The notes under the pieces: model-generated
Told to the model about the DNA's origin: nothing
The model's database searches: none
The model's input: only the letters and a program-made list of their open reading frames with translations
Made by a program: the position numbers and the translations under genes
Origin: Anolis carolinensis
Lineage: Eukaryota
NCBI RefSeq assembly: GCF_035594765.1
Contig: NC_085841.1
Coordinates: 160,565,574-160,629,573 of the forward strand
Direction of reading: 5' to 3'
DNA: 64,000 nucleotides
Part shown: one piece after another, positions 20,250 through 35,350 of the stretch
Numbering within the stretch: position 1 is the stretch's first letter
Layout: the number at the start of each line of letters is the position of its first letter

Positions 20250-21060
20250 TAATAAGGTAAGTTACTCCTATATCAGGAAACATGCCAAACATAACACTCA
20301 AGAAAGTCTTTAGAATCATAAGTCCATTTCTGATTTTATGTATATGTAATGAGAAAGTCTTGAACAGTCAGTACTGTTGTATGCTGGATCTTGAATGGCA
20401 TGCTGTGAAGCAAAAGCATTTTTGTCTGAACTTGGCACAAAAAGGAAATAAAAATGTCTGGAACCTAAATGGTCAGGGAAATTTTATTTCATGCAAAATT
20501 GAAGAGTATCCCCATAGTCTAGTTCATTCTTCTCTAAGGAAAGCTCTTCATGCTAGATGTGCTCTTTTGGCATTTCCAGAAGCATGTGCACTTGCTCTTG
20601 TTGCCGGGCCAATTTCACTAGAGTGGAAAACAGGCTGGTAATCAATGGCAACGGTGGAATGTTATCTTTTCTGTTTCCCTGTGGCTTGTTTCCATGGAAG
20701 TTTTGGTCCTCCACATCAACATTAAATATTTCTGAGTTCAGAGACATTTGATGAGAATGTTTCTCTGAAAACACAAGATATTTTAGTCTCCTTAGAAGAC
20801 AATGAGTAACCAGTGAAAACTGCTCTTTTCTCTCTCATGGGCCAATGCTATATGCCATTGCCAGTCATAATGTTTGCCCTGGTCAGAAAGTGGCTGAAGG
20901 TTCTAGTTAGAGAACAATAGCTTTCATGGGCTAGTAATTCATTTGCTCTTGGCAAGGGAAATTGACACTGTCCAAATAGGAAATCACTTTATTCTTTCTT
21001 AACAGCTTCTTAAAAAAAAACCCATGATTTGAGTTTCAGGGATTTGTGGGCAAAACAAAG

Positions 21061-21105
21061 AATCATAGAATCATAGAGTTGGAAGAGACCTCATGGGCCA
21101 TCCAA
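21061..21105 (-). mobile_element. Tiny CR1 3'-end remnant
   Basis: aatcatagaatcatagagttggaagagacc is the reverse complement of a CR1 (ATTCTATG)n terminus. Confidence 0.55.
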
Positions 21106-24100
21106 AGAGCTAGTTCTCATTGTATCAGCACAGTGACATGCTTTTATCTCCTTTTTGCAACTCTGCATAGGTTCTACATTTCAAGTCATGTTGTCTGACA
21201 TGTAATCTGATTTGCTTGTAGGTATAGAAAGAATATTAGAAAATATTTTGAAAACAAATTAATTTTTGAGTGTTGAGAAACCCTGACAATAGGATCTTGA
21301 ACTGACAAGGGCTTACTCCACATAGAATTTGTGCACAACCATTTTGTGCAGGAAAAAATGTGCAGAAAATAACATTTTTTGGCAAGGTCAATAATATCTC
21401 AATGCAGAAATATTAATTCTTGTGAAGGAAATGCTGTTTTCCATGTAGAAAATACTGTAATTGGGAATTTATTCTGCATAAAATTTGGATATAAGTTGTA
21501 TGGAAAACAGCATCTTCTACACAGAAAATAGCATTTTCAACACAGAAAATAGCATTTTCTGCAAAAAAAAGAAAACAAAAAAACAAACAAAAAATCCCTC
21601 CACATTTTTAGTGTATCTCTACATCTCTTGTGTTCTCACTTGCAAGAGGGCCAAGGAAATTATATCCCTAAATGTCTCATAGTTCTTACCAGCTGTCCCT
21701 GCATATACTGAGTTAACTGTTCTTTTCCTGTATGGTGTAATAAAGTCTTCAAAAGTGCAGTTTTTGAAAACTGTTTAGAGCTTGGGACTTGTTTTTTTGC
21801 TCAAAATCTGTGTGGAATTTTTGCACAGGATATAGCATACACTGCAGATACTATAATATTTGTTAGGTTTACGTCCAAAATACCAAATTTTGTACAGTTT
21901 AAGTAGTGATCTGTGAAAATTCCAATCTGTCTATGATTCTTTTCATTTCCTGATACCCAGGAAATACTATGATCACTTTTTGCATATTATTCTATGCTTT
22001 TTTCCATCCCTAGAGCCTTGACTCTTTTCGACTACCCTTTCCTCCTAGCAATTCATGTATCAATCTCCTCTCCTTTACACAGTCAGTTGAATATGCCATG
22101 CAATGGCACCCATCCCGCTTGTGAATCATGTTTGTTTTCACTCTACGGAAACCTATCCTGAGGCCAACTGAAGTCAGATTATATCTAAGGGGGGGGGGAG
22201 ATATCTCTACACCAACTCCTAGCAAGCAAGGAAACTACATACACTGTGAAGTATATAGCTTTTACTGGATAGAATTGGGAGTGAAATGTATCCTGAAACT
22301 AGAAATGCTCAAGTATGGAGTTGCAAACCAGTTACTCAGGCAGAGTTTCTATGTCTTTATTTGCTTGACAAACACTAGAATACAAGCCATTGTTTCTCTC
22401 TTTCTTGGGCTGGGGACACTGTCACCTATTACATAATTGATTGCTGTGGAGTGGTTTTAGTGCAAGATCTTGCCTGGAACAAGTTAGTTAGCAAATACAG
22501 AAGAACCAGTTTAGCTCCTAATCCTGACCTTGGAGGGCACTTCTCTAATTGTCTGCATGAATGTGGGTATGAGATAGTCTTATGTTTTATATACAGTTTG
22601 GTGTTAGTGATATCCATTTTACTAACCCTAACCCTTTTCTATTCCACATCTCTTTCTTTTGGTCCATTGTATATCCGAATAATTGTGTTGGGATAAATTA
22701 TATTTGTAGATAACTTGCATCCCATCAATGTAGCAGAGGTCTAATTTATATTTTGAACTCTTAGCTGGTGGATTTCAAATATATCATTGCAACCTCGATT
22801 TTTTCTTGTCTTCTTATGTTTTCGGCTTGTGGATTTGTTTGCTTTATAGTTTCCCCTCAATTGCACCTTCCTTGGCTAAGTTCCAGAGTCAGCTGAGATT
22901 CCGAGTTCAACCATTTGGGGAAAAAATCTTATCTAGTTTATAGTAGCATAGGTAATCCTATGTTTTGCTTTCTCTTGGCATTTGTTTTAAGTTTGCTCTC
23001 CACTTAATCTGCATTTCCTGTCAGTTGAAAGAATATTAGTTTCCCAGTTTAAACAAAACTAAGAATTATGGATTGGATGGTAGCCCACTTTAGATAGTGA
23101 TCTTTTAAGATAATTCTTTCCCTCTGATTGCAGCTGAATTGTCGGGTTTCGTTTGTGTATTTAAAATCTTTATATTTTGCATTTTGGACTGTGGTTCTGC
23201 ATTTGAAGTTACCAGAAATTAAGCTCAGTTATTTATTTCAGTTCATGTTCTGTCTTTCTTCCAATACAGGAGCCAAAGTTGTTTATTGATTAGAATGAAA
23301 TATAGCTAGAAAACTGTGTAATCCACAAATTAAACAAATAAACAGTCCTATTCAAATAATCTACAATATTGTAAATACATTGTTCTTGCTGTTGTAGTAG
23401 TTTTATGCCTTCAAGTCATTTCTGAGTTAGAGTGATCCTAAGGCACATCTATCATGGGCTTTTCTAGGTTTCAGAGCATATGAGTCCTTGAAGGTCCACC
23501 AATGAGTTTCCATGACCACATAAAGAATCAAACCCTGGTCCAATGCTCAAACTATTATATTGTAAAGCCAAAAGTCCAACACATTAAAAAGATCTTCCTG
23601 GCACAACCTCTTCCATGAGATGGAGTCTTTTTAGATGCAAGGAGCCCTTGGGCTGGAACACTACTTTTTATAGTGGCTGAATGAATTACCTCATGCTTTG
23701 ACCACCACAAACTGATTGTACTGGTAGTGTTTCAAGGACTTTTACAGCTTAAAAGAATGGAGTATCATAATTCAAGGGTGAAACCTGAGAGTACTACAAA
23801 TGTTGCTGTATTTTAATATTCTTGTGCTTTCTCCAGTTTCTTCCTTTTAAGGGCACTGAATAGCGATAATGAAATTTATCCTTAACATATAGGCTGTTAG
23901 TTTATTTATTTGACATACATTATCCCTCTTTCCCAGAACTGGAATGGAAGGAAGTTTCCAAGAGAATTAGTTCAACTACAAACCTGTAATATTTAAAGAG
24001 ATATTAAACAATATATGCTATGAAAACAAATCAAATTAAAACAATTTAAAACACAATAGTACTCTAATAAGAATTAAAATATACAAACATTCCAGTATCT

Positions 24101-24264
24101 AATATTTTATCAATATTATAATATATTATTTAATAAAATTCTGTTTATTTCTGTCATCATAAATCATATGAGAAAACTGGCCTTCTTCATGGTGTCTGTT
24201 ACTCACATGTTTTGGTGAAACTAAGTCAGGCAATTGGTCCATCAAAGACAATATTGTTTGCAGA

Positions 24265-24402
24265 GGCCCCTTCTACACTGTCATATAATCCAGATTACCA
24301 AATCAGATAATCTGCTTGAACTGGATTATATGAGTCTACACTGCCATATAATCTAGTTCAAAGTAGATATTCTGGATTTTATATGGCAATGTAGAGGGTG
24401 CC
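24265..24402. mobile_element. Palindromic PIF/Harbinger-like MITE
   Basis: GGCCCCTTCTACACTG... with internal inverted symmetry. Related copies at ~29049-29195, 35183-35295, 41860-42134, 47982-48119 and 48657-48807. Confidence 0.7.
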
Positions 24403-26289
24403 TGAGGGGCAACATCTCTCCAGAGTTTCCCAGCCTTACCTCAAGAGGTCCACAATTGGACTTTGACCTTTTTCAAACAAAGGTACTTTTTCAGAATTAA
24501 CAAGATTTGATCCCAAAAGTGTAAATTATGATCTCTCTCTCTCTCTCTCTCAACTCCCCCCTCCCCATTCTAAAAACCCCTATGGCTTCTAAGACCTCTG
24601 TCAGACACATTTAGCCACATTTTTGCTAACTTAAGAGCCATTCCAGATAGGCTGAAATCCTGAGAGGAAACATTGATTCCTCTTGGGATTTAGGCCACAC
24701 AGTGGGCCCAAACACTGTAATTTTGGTAGGTAGTGATGATGACTAGATGCCCTCCTAGTTTGATCAATCGATCTAGACAGCCCTAGCCCCCCATTTCCCC
24801 CCTAAACCTCTTGAAGAGGTCTGCCTCCCACCTGGAGCCCAAAAAACCGGGATGACAGTGGGGATTGACTTTTGGGATCACAGAAGGTGGTCTCAAGAGT
24901 CAATACCCACAGGTCCAACACTTACAGAGATCCAGACCTTATTGAAAAGTCTGGATTTTTGAAATTGTCTTTTTAACCCAGAGCAAACCTGAACATTCAG
25001 GTTTACTCTGGATTAAACCAGATTGGCCTGAGGTGTAATTTGGATGCCTCAAGCTAATCCAGAAGCCATCATGAGTTTTGCACCTGTCTGGAACATCTGG
25101 AAAATAAATGGCGTTTTAAAAAGAACTCTAAAAGATGTAAAAATGAAAAAAAGTATAATATATGTACAGATATTAAACAAAGAAAACCCTCCAGAATTCC
25201 AACAGACTCATTTTTAGTAGAAACACATTTACTTGCAGCTAATTCATACACATTCAACTGCAAACAAATAATTTGTAATAGAAGTTGGGGGAAGATTGTA
25301 TCCCTCAAACATAACATAAAGCCTTTTTAATAAATAAATAAATAAATAAATAAATACCTGAACTGTGTCCTGCTTTTTGGAATCATGGTTCCACACAAAC
25401 AGGGTAACGCTTCTACAAAGAGAGAGGAAACAGTAGGTTTTAAGTCATAAGAGGTACATTTTTTTCAGAACTGGAACTGATGGTTCTATCATCAAACTGC
25501 TCTTTCTTTGAAGATATTTTGCCTAATGTTTTTATAGATCTTTCTGCCAGTATCTCAAATACATTCAACCTCATTCTCTACTTTAGGCAGAGAACTCATA
25601 TTTGCTCTCTTTTCAATTGACACCCCTTCATGTATTTGAAGAGTACTGTCATGTTCACCTTCAGCTGTTTCCTTTTTGAAATTGGTATAAACAGTTTCTT
25701 CTTCTTTTCCTGTGACTTTTTCATTCCACTAGCCATCTTTGTTTTCCTTTTCCTAACCTGTTCCAAATTTGCTTGCATCCGTCCTGGAGTGTGTCTATAC
25801 TGCAGAATTAATACAGTTTGACACCAGTCTAATCACCACAGCTTGATGCTATGAGATCTAGGAGTTGTAGTTTCATGAAGCAACAGCACTCTTTGGCAGA
25901 ACATGCCAAAGATCTTGTAAAACTACAACTCACATGATTCTATAGCATCGAGCCACAGTGTCAAACTATGTCAATTCTGTAGTGTGGATGCACCCTTAAC
26001 CATGGTATTGACTTGTATCCAACTGATGATTCACAGTACTTTTTAGTTCTTTTCCACATGCGCTTCTGCCAAGCTATGTCTCTCACACTCTACATATGTA
26101 TATATGTTCTATATTTCATTCTTTCCTTTTGTCAAAAATGACAATAGCATCATTGTTCAAGTGCATTCATAAGACTTTTTGTTTCGTTTTTTTTTACCCT
26201 GGTTATTTTGTAGAAAACCTGTTCAGCTGTTCTGTGTATTTAAATAGCATCAGGGTGTACTTTTATTTGTACTGAATTTTCTCTCTCTC

Positions 26290-27535
26290 TTTTTTTTGCA
26301 ATATAATTTTTATTTATTTCTTAAGAATGTCAATAAATTGAAAGTGGGAGAACAAAATAAATAGTAAAGAATAGTGGGAAGGGAAGACAGAAAAAAAAAG
26401 AAAAAAAGACAACGGTGCAGTTTGACTTCCCATCTTATGCTTCGAAGACTTTTTTCTCGTCTTTCCCGATATTTTCTTTCATTTCTTCTAGCCACCATCT
26501 TTTTTGTTTGTTTCTATATGTAAGACAGATCTGTCATGAAGTCCATTTTCCTTTTTCTCAAGAAATTTACATTTGTCCAGTCTGTTTTATTTTTCTCTTC
26601 TCTTATTTTTTGTGTCAAAATGTCCATTTGTATAATGTCTAGTATTTTAATTAGCCAATCTTCAACCTTTGGAAATTGTTTCCCTTTCCACACTCTTGCT
26701 AGAGGCAATCTTGCTGCTGAGCTAATGTGGAATAGTATTCTATCTTCATTTTTATTTAATGTTGCAGTTGTAAATCTTAATAGATACTTTTCTGGTTTTA
26801 ATTTAAATTTGGTTCCTAACATCTTTTGTGTCATTTTATGGACTGCCTTCCATAATGTTTTGATTTGTTCGCAGTCCCACCATTGGTGGAAAACAGTTCC
26901 TGTTTTTTTCCCACATTTCCAACATGTTTTGGAATTTTTTTGTTGAATTTTGCTAACCTTTCTGGGGTGTAATACCAGTAGTATTGCATCTTGTACCAAT
27001 TTTCTCTAATGACAATTGCTGCCGAGTATTTTATTTTTTCCTCCAAATCTCTTCCCAATGATCCAAATTTAAATTATAGCCTACATCTTTTGCCCATTTG
27101 ATCGTGCATTCCTTAATTTGTTCCTTTTCTGTTGCCCAGGTTAATAATTGTTGATAAAGTATTTTTATTAATTTTGTATCTTTTTGCATTACAATTTCCC
27201 ATACTCCATTTTCCTGATTGAAACCCTTTTTGGCATCCTCTTTGTAACTTGCTTGTACTTGATAGTATTGGTACCACGATATATGTTTATGTATTTTTTA
27301 AATTTCGGTATGCGTTTTGATTATACATTTGTTATTTTGGTTTTTTTAGTAATTGTTGGTATGTCAGCCAATTCTCTTTGTTAAACTCTCTTTTGTGTTT
27401 CGCTTCTATGGGTGAGATCCATAGAGGGATTTTGTTGTAGAACCTGTCTTTATATTTTTCCCAAACTTTTATTACTGACACTCTTATAAAATGGTTGCTA
27501 AAAATTTTTCTCTATTTTTCTTTTGTTGTACCAGT
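26290..27535 (-). mobile_element. 5'-truncated L1-clade LINE (ORF2 C-terminus plus A-rich tail)
   Basis: Minus-strand ORFs contain IRENWYKMQYYWYYTPERL, CWKCGKKTGTVFHQWWDC and AARL.LARVWK; T-rich tail at ~26290. Confidence 0.85.
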
Positions 27536-29272
27536 TTTCTCTAAGATAGTTAATGTCTATGGGATACAGGGGTATTATGAAGTTAACTTCAAGAAACTTT
27601 CAGCTAATGTTCCACTTACCATAAGTCATTGGATGGTGATCGTAAAAAGAAAATAACATATTGTACCTATAAAAACAAGTGCATTGTGCTAGATTTATTA
27701 AAGTTAAATTAGAAATAACAAAACAGTAAAAAGTGAATGCATCTTGGCACATTGGATTCCAAGCTATTGAAAAAACAAACAACTCTCCCAAGTAATGGAT
27801 ACTGTGGGCTTTCAATATCCACTTGGGTTTGATTCAATGACTCTGTGGATACCAAAAAGCATGAATATTCAAGTCTCGTTATATTCAATGCAACTTCTAC
27901 AGTTCACCCAGAGGTTTGGAGATAAATGATTAGAAACAGAGATATAACCCTGCATGGAAAGTCATCAGTCTTCTCAAGATATAGGTCGGAATTGTTTTGA
28001 AAGAGTTTTGTGAGAGTGGGAGGGAAGATGGATCTTTCATCTCCGTGATGTGTAAATGGGAGTGATGTTGATATTCTGCAAATTTCATTCTCCATCATAT
28101 TTGGTATGTTTTGACACGAGTATCTCAATGATTGATGGCATAGTGCTTCAGAGTTCTCATTGGTATCACTGTGGTTTCTCACTTACTTTTATTATGTACA
28201 GCATGGTTTCATTTATTCACACATCCAGATGTGGTATCTGGTGATTCCCTAGTATTTTGGTCATCCCCAAATTTTATGGAGATCATTATATAGAAGGACT
28301 TTCTTCTCCTTTATTCCATGCTGTAAAAATCTTTCAGCATGTTCTCAATTGAAATAGAAAAAGGAATAATTGTAATTACTCTTGCAGCTGAATGGAACAA
28401 TTTGTCTCTTGGAACAAGAGAGTAATGGAATTCCTGCATAATATTTATAGAGGTTTTGCCAACCTCTGTTGTTTGTGCCTTTTGGTTTTTAGTTGTAGCC
28501 CTTGACTTCTGCAGAATTCTAGCAGATCCTCTAAATAGCAAATCCTTCTACATAGTATGTGAAACACTGTAGGTTTTAGTGTTTCCTCAGCACATTCTCA
28601 AACCCACCGTCAATTTACAACTGGAGTAATAATTCAGGTTCACCCTCTAACATTTACGCAAGTTACATGGAAAACTTCTCTAAGAATCAATTTGTTTGTC
28701 TGCATCTAAGAGAGATGTTACAAGTACTCTCAAGTCACAAGGGTCAAGGTTGGTGCAGGAGTGATGTTTGCTGGGATCCAGATCATGCACCCCAAGCATA
28801 TTCTCAGCCTTTGTTCCCCCAAATGTCTGGGATATCAGCTCTCTGAATTCTTATTGGCTGGAACATCTGGGAGTTAAAGTCCAAACCATCTGGAGAATCA
28901 AAGATTGTAGACATGGTCCAAAAAGAGAGTACACAAAGAGCTGCTTTAGTTTTCACTTAAGGGCTTGCAAATGAAACAAATGTTTGTTTAAGGCAAACAC
29001 TTGGAGTCATGGTCAAAGATGCTTTTTGTGAGTGCTCCTCCCAACTATGCCCCCTTCTACACTACCATATTATCCAAAATATCAAAGCAGATAATCCACA
29101 TTATCTCCTTTGAACTTGATTATATGAGTCTACGCTGCCATATTATCCAGTTCAAAGCAGATAATCTAGGTTTTATATCTAGGTGTAGAAGGGATCTACA
29201 TGTGAGGCAGAAAGATTTAATAGTATCTGAAACTCTGAACTCAAGAACACACTGTAATCTTTTGTTGCACTG

Positions 29273-29695
29273 CAGTGTTTCCCTGAAAATAAGACAGTGT
29301 CTTATATTAATTTTTGCTCCTAAAGTTGCACTAGGTCTTATTTTCAGGGGATGTCTTATTTTTCCATGAAGAAGAATTCACATTTGTTGTTGAACAAAAA
29401 AAAAAAAGAACATTTATTATATACTTTACAGTAATTGTCATCACAAACCAGCATAACCAGACAAATTGGGAATCCTATCAAGAATTTCTTGTTACTACCA
29501 TTATTTCCATGTACAACAATCTATGGTATGTACATTGACCAGTACTGCATGCTCTGGTGTTCTGTTTGGCGGGCATGCTTCCAAACAAAAACTTTGCTAG
29601 GTCTTACTTTCAGGGGAGGTCTTATATTTAGCTATTCAGCAATACCTCTACTAGGTCTTATTTTCAGGGGATGTCTTATTTTTGGGGAAACAGGG
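29273..29695 (+). mobile_element. Tc1/mariner-type MITE, family B (TIR CCGTGTTTCCCC.AAAATAAGAC)
   Basis: TIRs plus internal GGTCTTATTTTCAGGGG repeats; homologous to 60740-61900 and 62185-62924. Confidence 0.85.
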
Positions 29696-29696
29696 T

Positions 29697-29746
<50 letters not shown>

Positions 29747-29751
29747 CTATC

Positions 29752-30128
29752 TATCTACAGGGTTCAGATAAAAACTCTATTTTAAAACTGGCCCTTTTTA
29801 CACAAAAAGCGCTGGCCATTCGTGAGAAGATGGAAGCTGAGAGCTGATACATTATTGTCACTAACAAAATCCAAACTTAAAATTTACTACGGACAAGACA
29901 CTTGTTTTACTTACCCCTGTCCTTGTTCAAACCTTTCCTTAGGAAATTACTAATTTTAACCTTTTTACTCTAGGAGCGGGTTATTAGGCCGCAGGTCGGG
30001 ATGTTTTGTATCTTTACATGGTTTTATTGTATGTATGCGTAAGTGTGTACGTATTGTATGTTTTACATGTTTTGATATGGTCAAAAGTGACTAATCAATA
30101 AATAATTGTTGTTGTTGTTGTTGTTGTG
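29752..30128 (+). mobile_element. LINE 3' end (probably same clade as 1-518) inserted at a (TG)n/(TATC)n tract
   Basis: Encodes YLQGSDKNSILKLALFTQKALAIREK*, similar to DLLADYSKNITLKVATFAIAAQKIR of ORF 27-356; AATAAA and a (TTG)n tail follow. Confidence 0.65.
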
Positions 30129-30941
30129 ATATATATATGATGTAATGGTTAGCCATTTGATTCCCCTGTTCCCATCTAGTGATATTTGACCTGTTTTGTC
30201 TTCTTCTTTCCTTCATATAATTAGCTTCTGTGTTTTCCAGACAGCAGTGGCAAATTCAGTTGTATTTTTAATGGGTATACGGAATGTTCTTTAATGTAGT
30301 AATCGCATGCTCTTTTCTTTTGTAGAGTTTGCATTATTACTGCACCTGTACAAATATAACTACCTTATTTTGTTTAGTTAAAAAACATTGTGTAGTATAT
30401 AATATGAATCAGTGAGACTGAAAAACCATAAGATTTTTGTTGTGTGCTTGAAATCCATGATTGCTAAGGGTGGGCAAAAGTGACTCTTGAGTTGTTAGCA
30501 TTGTGAGAATTACATTCCTGAAACATGATATTGTTCAATGTACAGTATACACAATGAGAGCATATATCATCCAGATAATTGAAATCATAAGAGAAACCAA
30601 AGTTTAGTATTTCTGATGGAGAATGCAGGGAGGTTGGAAAAATAATGTCACAACCACATTATTAACTCTATTTATGATTAATATCAACATGCATTGAAGT
30701 TGATGTACAATTGACGGTTGCTTGATTTCAGGATCAAATGAGAATGTAGTCTTTTAATTTATTGCTTAATTTTGTAGTAAAATGTCAACATCTCCCCCTT
30801 TTTCCTTATTAACATTTCTTAATTTAAAAGACAATATTATGCAACAAATGGTAAAGGAATATGGTCAACTAATATAGTTTTAATGTAAACCTGTATGAAG
30901 CAGTTGCCTGTAATTCAGATTTCCAGGGACAAATTGAGGTA

Positions 30942-31264
30942 CAGTAGAGTCTCACTTATCCAAGCTAAACGGGCTGGCAGAAGCTTGGATAAGCGAATAT
31001 CTTGGATAATAAGGAGGGATTAAGGAAAAGCCTATTAAACATCAAATTAGGTTATGGTTTTACAAATTAAGCACCAAAACATCATGCTATACAACAAATT
31101 TGACAGAAAAAGTAGTTCAATATGCAGTAATGTTATGTTGTAATTACTGTATTTACGAATTTATCACCAAAATATCACGATATATTGAAAACATTGACTA
31201 CAAAAATGGCTTGGATTATCCAGAAGCTTGGATAAGCGAGGCTTGGATAAGTGAGACTCTACTG
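30942..31264 (+). mobile_element. Tc1/mariner-type MITE, family A
   Basis: Perfect TIRs; TA TSD. Confidence 0.92.
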
Positions 31265-34200
31265 TATATGTGACAGAATACCATTTTGGTAACATTGAAA
31301 TATATAAATCAAGGGGAAGTTTTGGAACCAACATTATGGACTTTTATGTGACCTATGGACAGCACCGCAGGGGGGCTGATTCCTCTGGCAGCCACCGCCA
31401 CCAATTCCTTTAAAAATGTCCAGAAGTAATAATATGGCAGCAATTTGGCAGCGAGAATAGAGGGTGTGAATGCTTTTTTTTTTTAGATTCTACTGGATGG
31501 ACCAAGCACTTGCCTTTCATCACTCCATTGAGATAAAGGAATGGTTCCTTTCTTCATAAGAGTTTAGGTACATTACTCATATTGATCAATGGATAAATCA
31601 GCCCAGGTTTTGAAGGTGGATTTTTTAAATTAAAATTTTTAAACATTTACATCAGTATATAGAGTACCTTTGAGGGAGCAGTATTGTCCTGCCCATCAAT
31701 TGTATGTAGGAGTGTGTCTCCCAGAAAATATGGTGGCTATTACACCAATTATTGGATGCATCACATCCTGACACAAGCCATAGTGTTCCATGTATAGAAG
31801 TATGCAACTTCCTTTTGATGATCTGTGTGTCCTCAGAGGAAGAGGCATCCAGCTGAGTTGAGTGACAGCTGAACGTAGTGATGTTCTCTATTTTTAGTTC
31901 AGAATGAGATTTTTTTTCCATCTAAGGCTATCACAATTATAATTACATTTGAGCTTCTCCTTAACCAAAATAAGCAGCGGCTAGAGAATGAAAATTCTTC
32001 TTAAGGCAACTGGGGATTATGATGCATTGAATGTGCTGATCCATGTTTGATTAAGATGCTCCTACCTTCCCACAGAGATGATTTCCTCTGCCTCTTTGTG
32101 TATTTATGTCAGTATGGCATAACATCCTATTATTTTTTTCAAGGCTAAGATTTCATTCCTTGCGTTGTGTATATAGTTGCTAATTTTTGAATATTTATGT
32201 GAACTTCCTTTTTAATCCCTTTTGAAACATTCAGTTCGACTTTTCTAAAGCTCATTATTATTATTTTGTTTCATTTTCCACTGTGGTTGGGATATGTGCT
32301 TGGTTGCACAGCAACCAAGGACTATACAATTCTGTTCTCCACACACTTGATTCTGGTCTACTGTGGGATCTTGCCACATTTATAAAGATGTCAGAAGTGC
32401 ATTTTCAGTGTGGAAACATTGTGATCTCAAAGAGCATTTTGTTGCTTTTTTTTTTTGGAAAAGCAGAGTAGAAAAGTAGCCAAGGGCAAATAATTTTCTA
32501 TCAAAGACATTCTGAATTTTCTGACAACATAGGCTTGATTACTTGTTCCACAGTTTATGGTGCATGAGACAGAACATGTTGATAAGTTATATGCACCTTA
32601 AAAGAAAAACTAGTCTGGATTCTTTCAGCCTACTTGTACATTCATATAATACTGATTTTTTTTTATCACAGCCTTCCTTCAAGAAGTTTTAAAAATTTTT
32701 TCCATGTCTTTCTTGCTTTTCATGCTTGATCCAACCTTGCAAGATAGATTTGACTGGCTGATGGCGATTACATCTGTCCATGCTCACCTAGGACCTCTTC
32801 ACATGGGGTAAAATAGCCCTGTTTTGGCACTTTTATTTGCTGTATGGATGGGGCCCGTTGACTGCCATCAGAGGATGCATGGCAGGCCCTGCTCACATTC
32901 CTCCCAAAGTGGAGGGGGAGCACCAAAATGCGCTTCCTCCACCACCATGGGGAGGAAAATGTGTTTACTCCACCTTTCCCCATACAATGGGGAAAAGGGT
33001 GTTGGGATAATGCACTTTGCCTCCCTTTCTCCCATCTAATGGGGACAGGGACAGGCCACCAATGCACCCTGTCCCATTCCCACCATATGATGGGGGAAGG
33101 AGGGAGGGTGTGTGGGGCACAACAAGCCACCCCACACACCTTCCCTTTCACTGGTAATTGCTGGCGAAATGGCATGGCCCAAAATGGCCTTGTGAAAAGG
33201 GTCCCTAACGAGGCTTATTGATAAACTGACATTTTATATCCCAAGCTTTTTCATTACAGTTATATTGCACACAGTCTGCATCCCATGAATTCAACCAACT
33301 GTGACTCAAAACTATTTGCAAAAAAATCCAAAATTGGCCATGCTCCGAGCACTATACTGATGAGTAGGCAATGGCATACCTTGCTGTAGCCTCCTCCCAT
33401 TTCCTTAAACTCTCTCCATCCCTTATTTCATATGTTCATATTTTATAGAAAGGATGCAATTTTACTGTGCCATTGCCCTTAATGAGACTTAATCTTCTAC
33501 AGATTTTGGTATTCATGCAGAGTCTTGGAACCAAATCCCAGCAAATATCAAGAACCCACCATATAGTTCACCCCTATACCACAGTGTTGGGTACAAAACC
33601 GAGGTATTTCAATGCATTTATTATACACAGATTAAATTTAGCACTTAGATTAATCATGTTTCTCTTTATATAACATGAAAATAACCTATAAAGAATGTTC
33701 TTTCTCACATTTTTTATGGAGCTCTCCTTGGAGATCTAGGAAGCCTAATGTTTGTGTGCAGTTGAAGCAGGTGTCATTGAAGTATGGATCCCATCATCCC
33801 CCACCGTACAATAAGAGTGGCAAGAGTTGTAGTCCATCAGTAACTAGAAAATCAATTTTGTCCACCCTGTCCTAAATTTTCCACCTTTTCTCTTTCTAGA
33901 AAACCCATGCTTGTACCCATGGAACAAGACAAATATCTTCCTGATCAATTTTCTTTGGCTTCTCATAGGCACACCCATGTAGCCAGATTTTTCTTTTCTT
34001 TTTGGAAGGTTTCTTCTTTAAGAATTGAAAATGGATAGTTTCAAATAGATGCCTTTTCAGTCACAATAAGATGCTATCTCCACCAAGAGTGCAAAGTGTG
34101 GGGCGCATGAATCTACAGAAATCAGACTACATGCAGAAATTGCTGATAAATGTATAGAGGAAGCAACAGGGGATGGGAGATATATTTTGGATATTACCAT

Positions 34201-35350
34201 GGAGAGGTCATTTTATTTCACTTCTTGTGGAAGATGTAATGCACATATTGACTCTAACATAAGAATTTGGTGGAAGAATAGACATAAACAGTATAGTTCA
34301 GTATAGATGCATAATAAAGAGGTAGATGGTGAGGAAAATGTGTGCCCTTTCCTTTACATATTTTGAAATGTTACCTGCCTCAAGGAAGAGAGCTTTCAGT
34401 GAAATGATGGAAGAAATCAACAAGAGAGGTCTTTTTCACATTGTAAATCTCCAGTTGTAGGTCAGGCCTGAGAGCTGGAGGTTTCAGCTGTGCAGACATT
34501 TGCAGACAAATGCTTGAATGATTTCATAAAGAGAGTATGTGATGTTTTACTAAGGAAACCAGCCTTCCCTCCTCCCTTGCTTTTCTCGTGAAGCCCTTTC
34601 CCATGCTAAGCATATTAACAAGTTTGTAAAAGTTGAAAAGTTCCAGAAGAAATACTCTGGAGGAAGACAGAAATACGCTTAGGCTACATCTGGAAAGAAC
34701 ATTTCTCTAGGGCTACAGGACATTGTTATGGATGTCATGAACTACCTTCCATAAACAAAGCTTTTCTTCCAAATTTGAAAAAAAAAGTTATTTTTTAACT
34801 GCACCCTCCAGAGTCCCCAGTGTCCATACTGTCTGGAAGATGCTTAGGAATTGAATCCCCCAGAAGTTACATTTCCAAGCTCAATTTCCTCATCCCTCTT
34901 TGTGAGTGCCTTTGCCCAATAAATCATCTCAAAGGGATACTCTTCCTGCTGTTTTGATTTTCTTTTGTGAATTACAGTGACACTTTCTACAGAGGTGCAA
35001 TTGAATGAAACAGTCTTTCAAGAGAAGGATCCATAGATACCCCAAATCCTGGCTTTGTAATTATGGACTTGGAAAATGTAGGTTGTTAAGAATGGGCTTT
35101 AAGTGTTTCTACAGGTTTAAGCCATGATTTAAAATTATATGCAGGCATACTATGCAGGGCCAGCACTACTATTAGTTGGAGGCTGGATCTACACTACCAT
35201 ATAATCCAGATTATCAAAACAGATAATTCTACCTTGCCATATTATTCAGTTCAAAGCAGATACCCTGGCTATTGTATGGCAGTGTAGATAGGTCCAGACT
35301 AAAGTGGCTGCCAGGCATCTGAATTTGAATGTCACAAATGGTCAGTAAAA

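Noticed and set aside
21320-21570. Regularly spaced CAGAAAATAGCATTTT repeats (CRISPR-like or other array; similar at ~38330-38490)
   Set aside because: Eukaryotic DNA, degenerate units without unique spacers; most likely subterminal repeats of an old DNA element.
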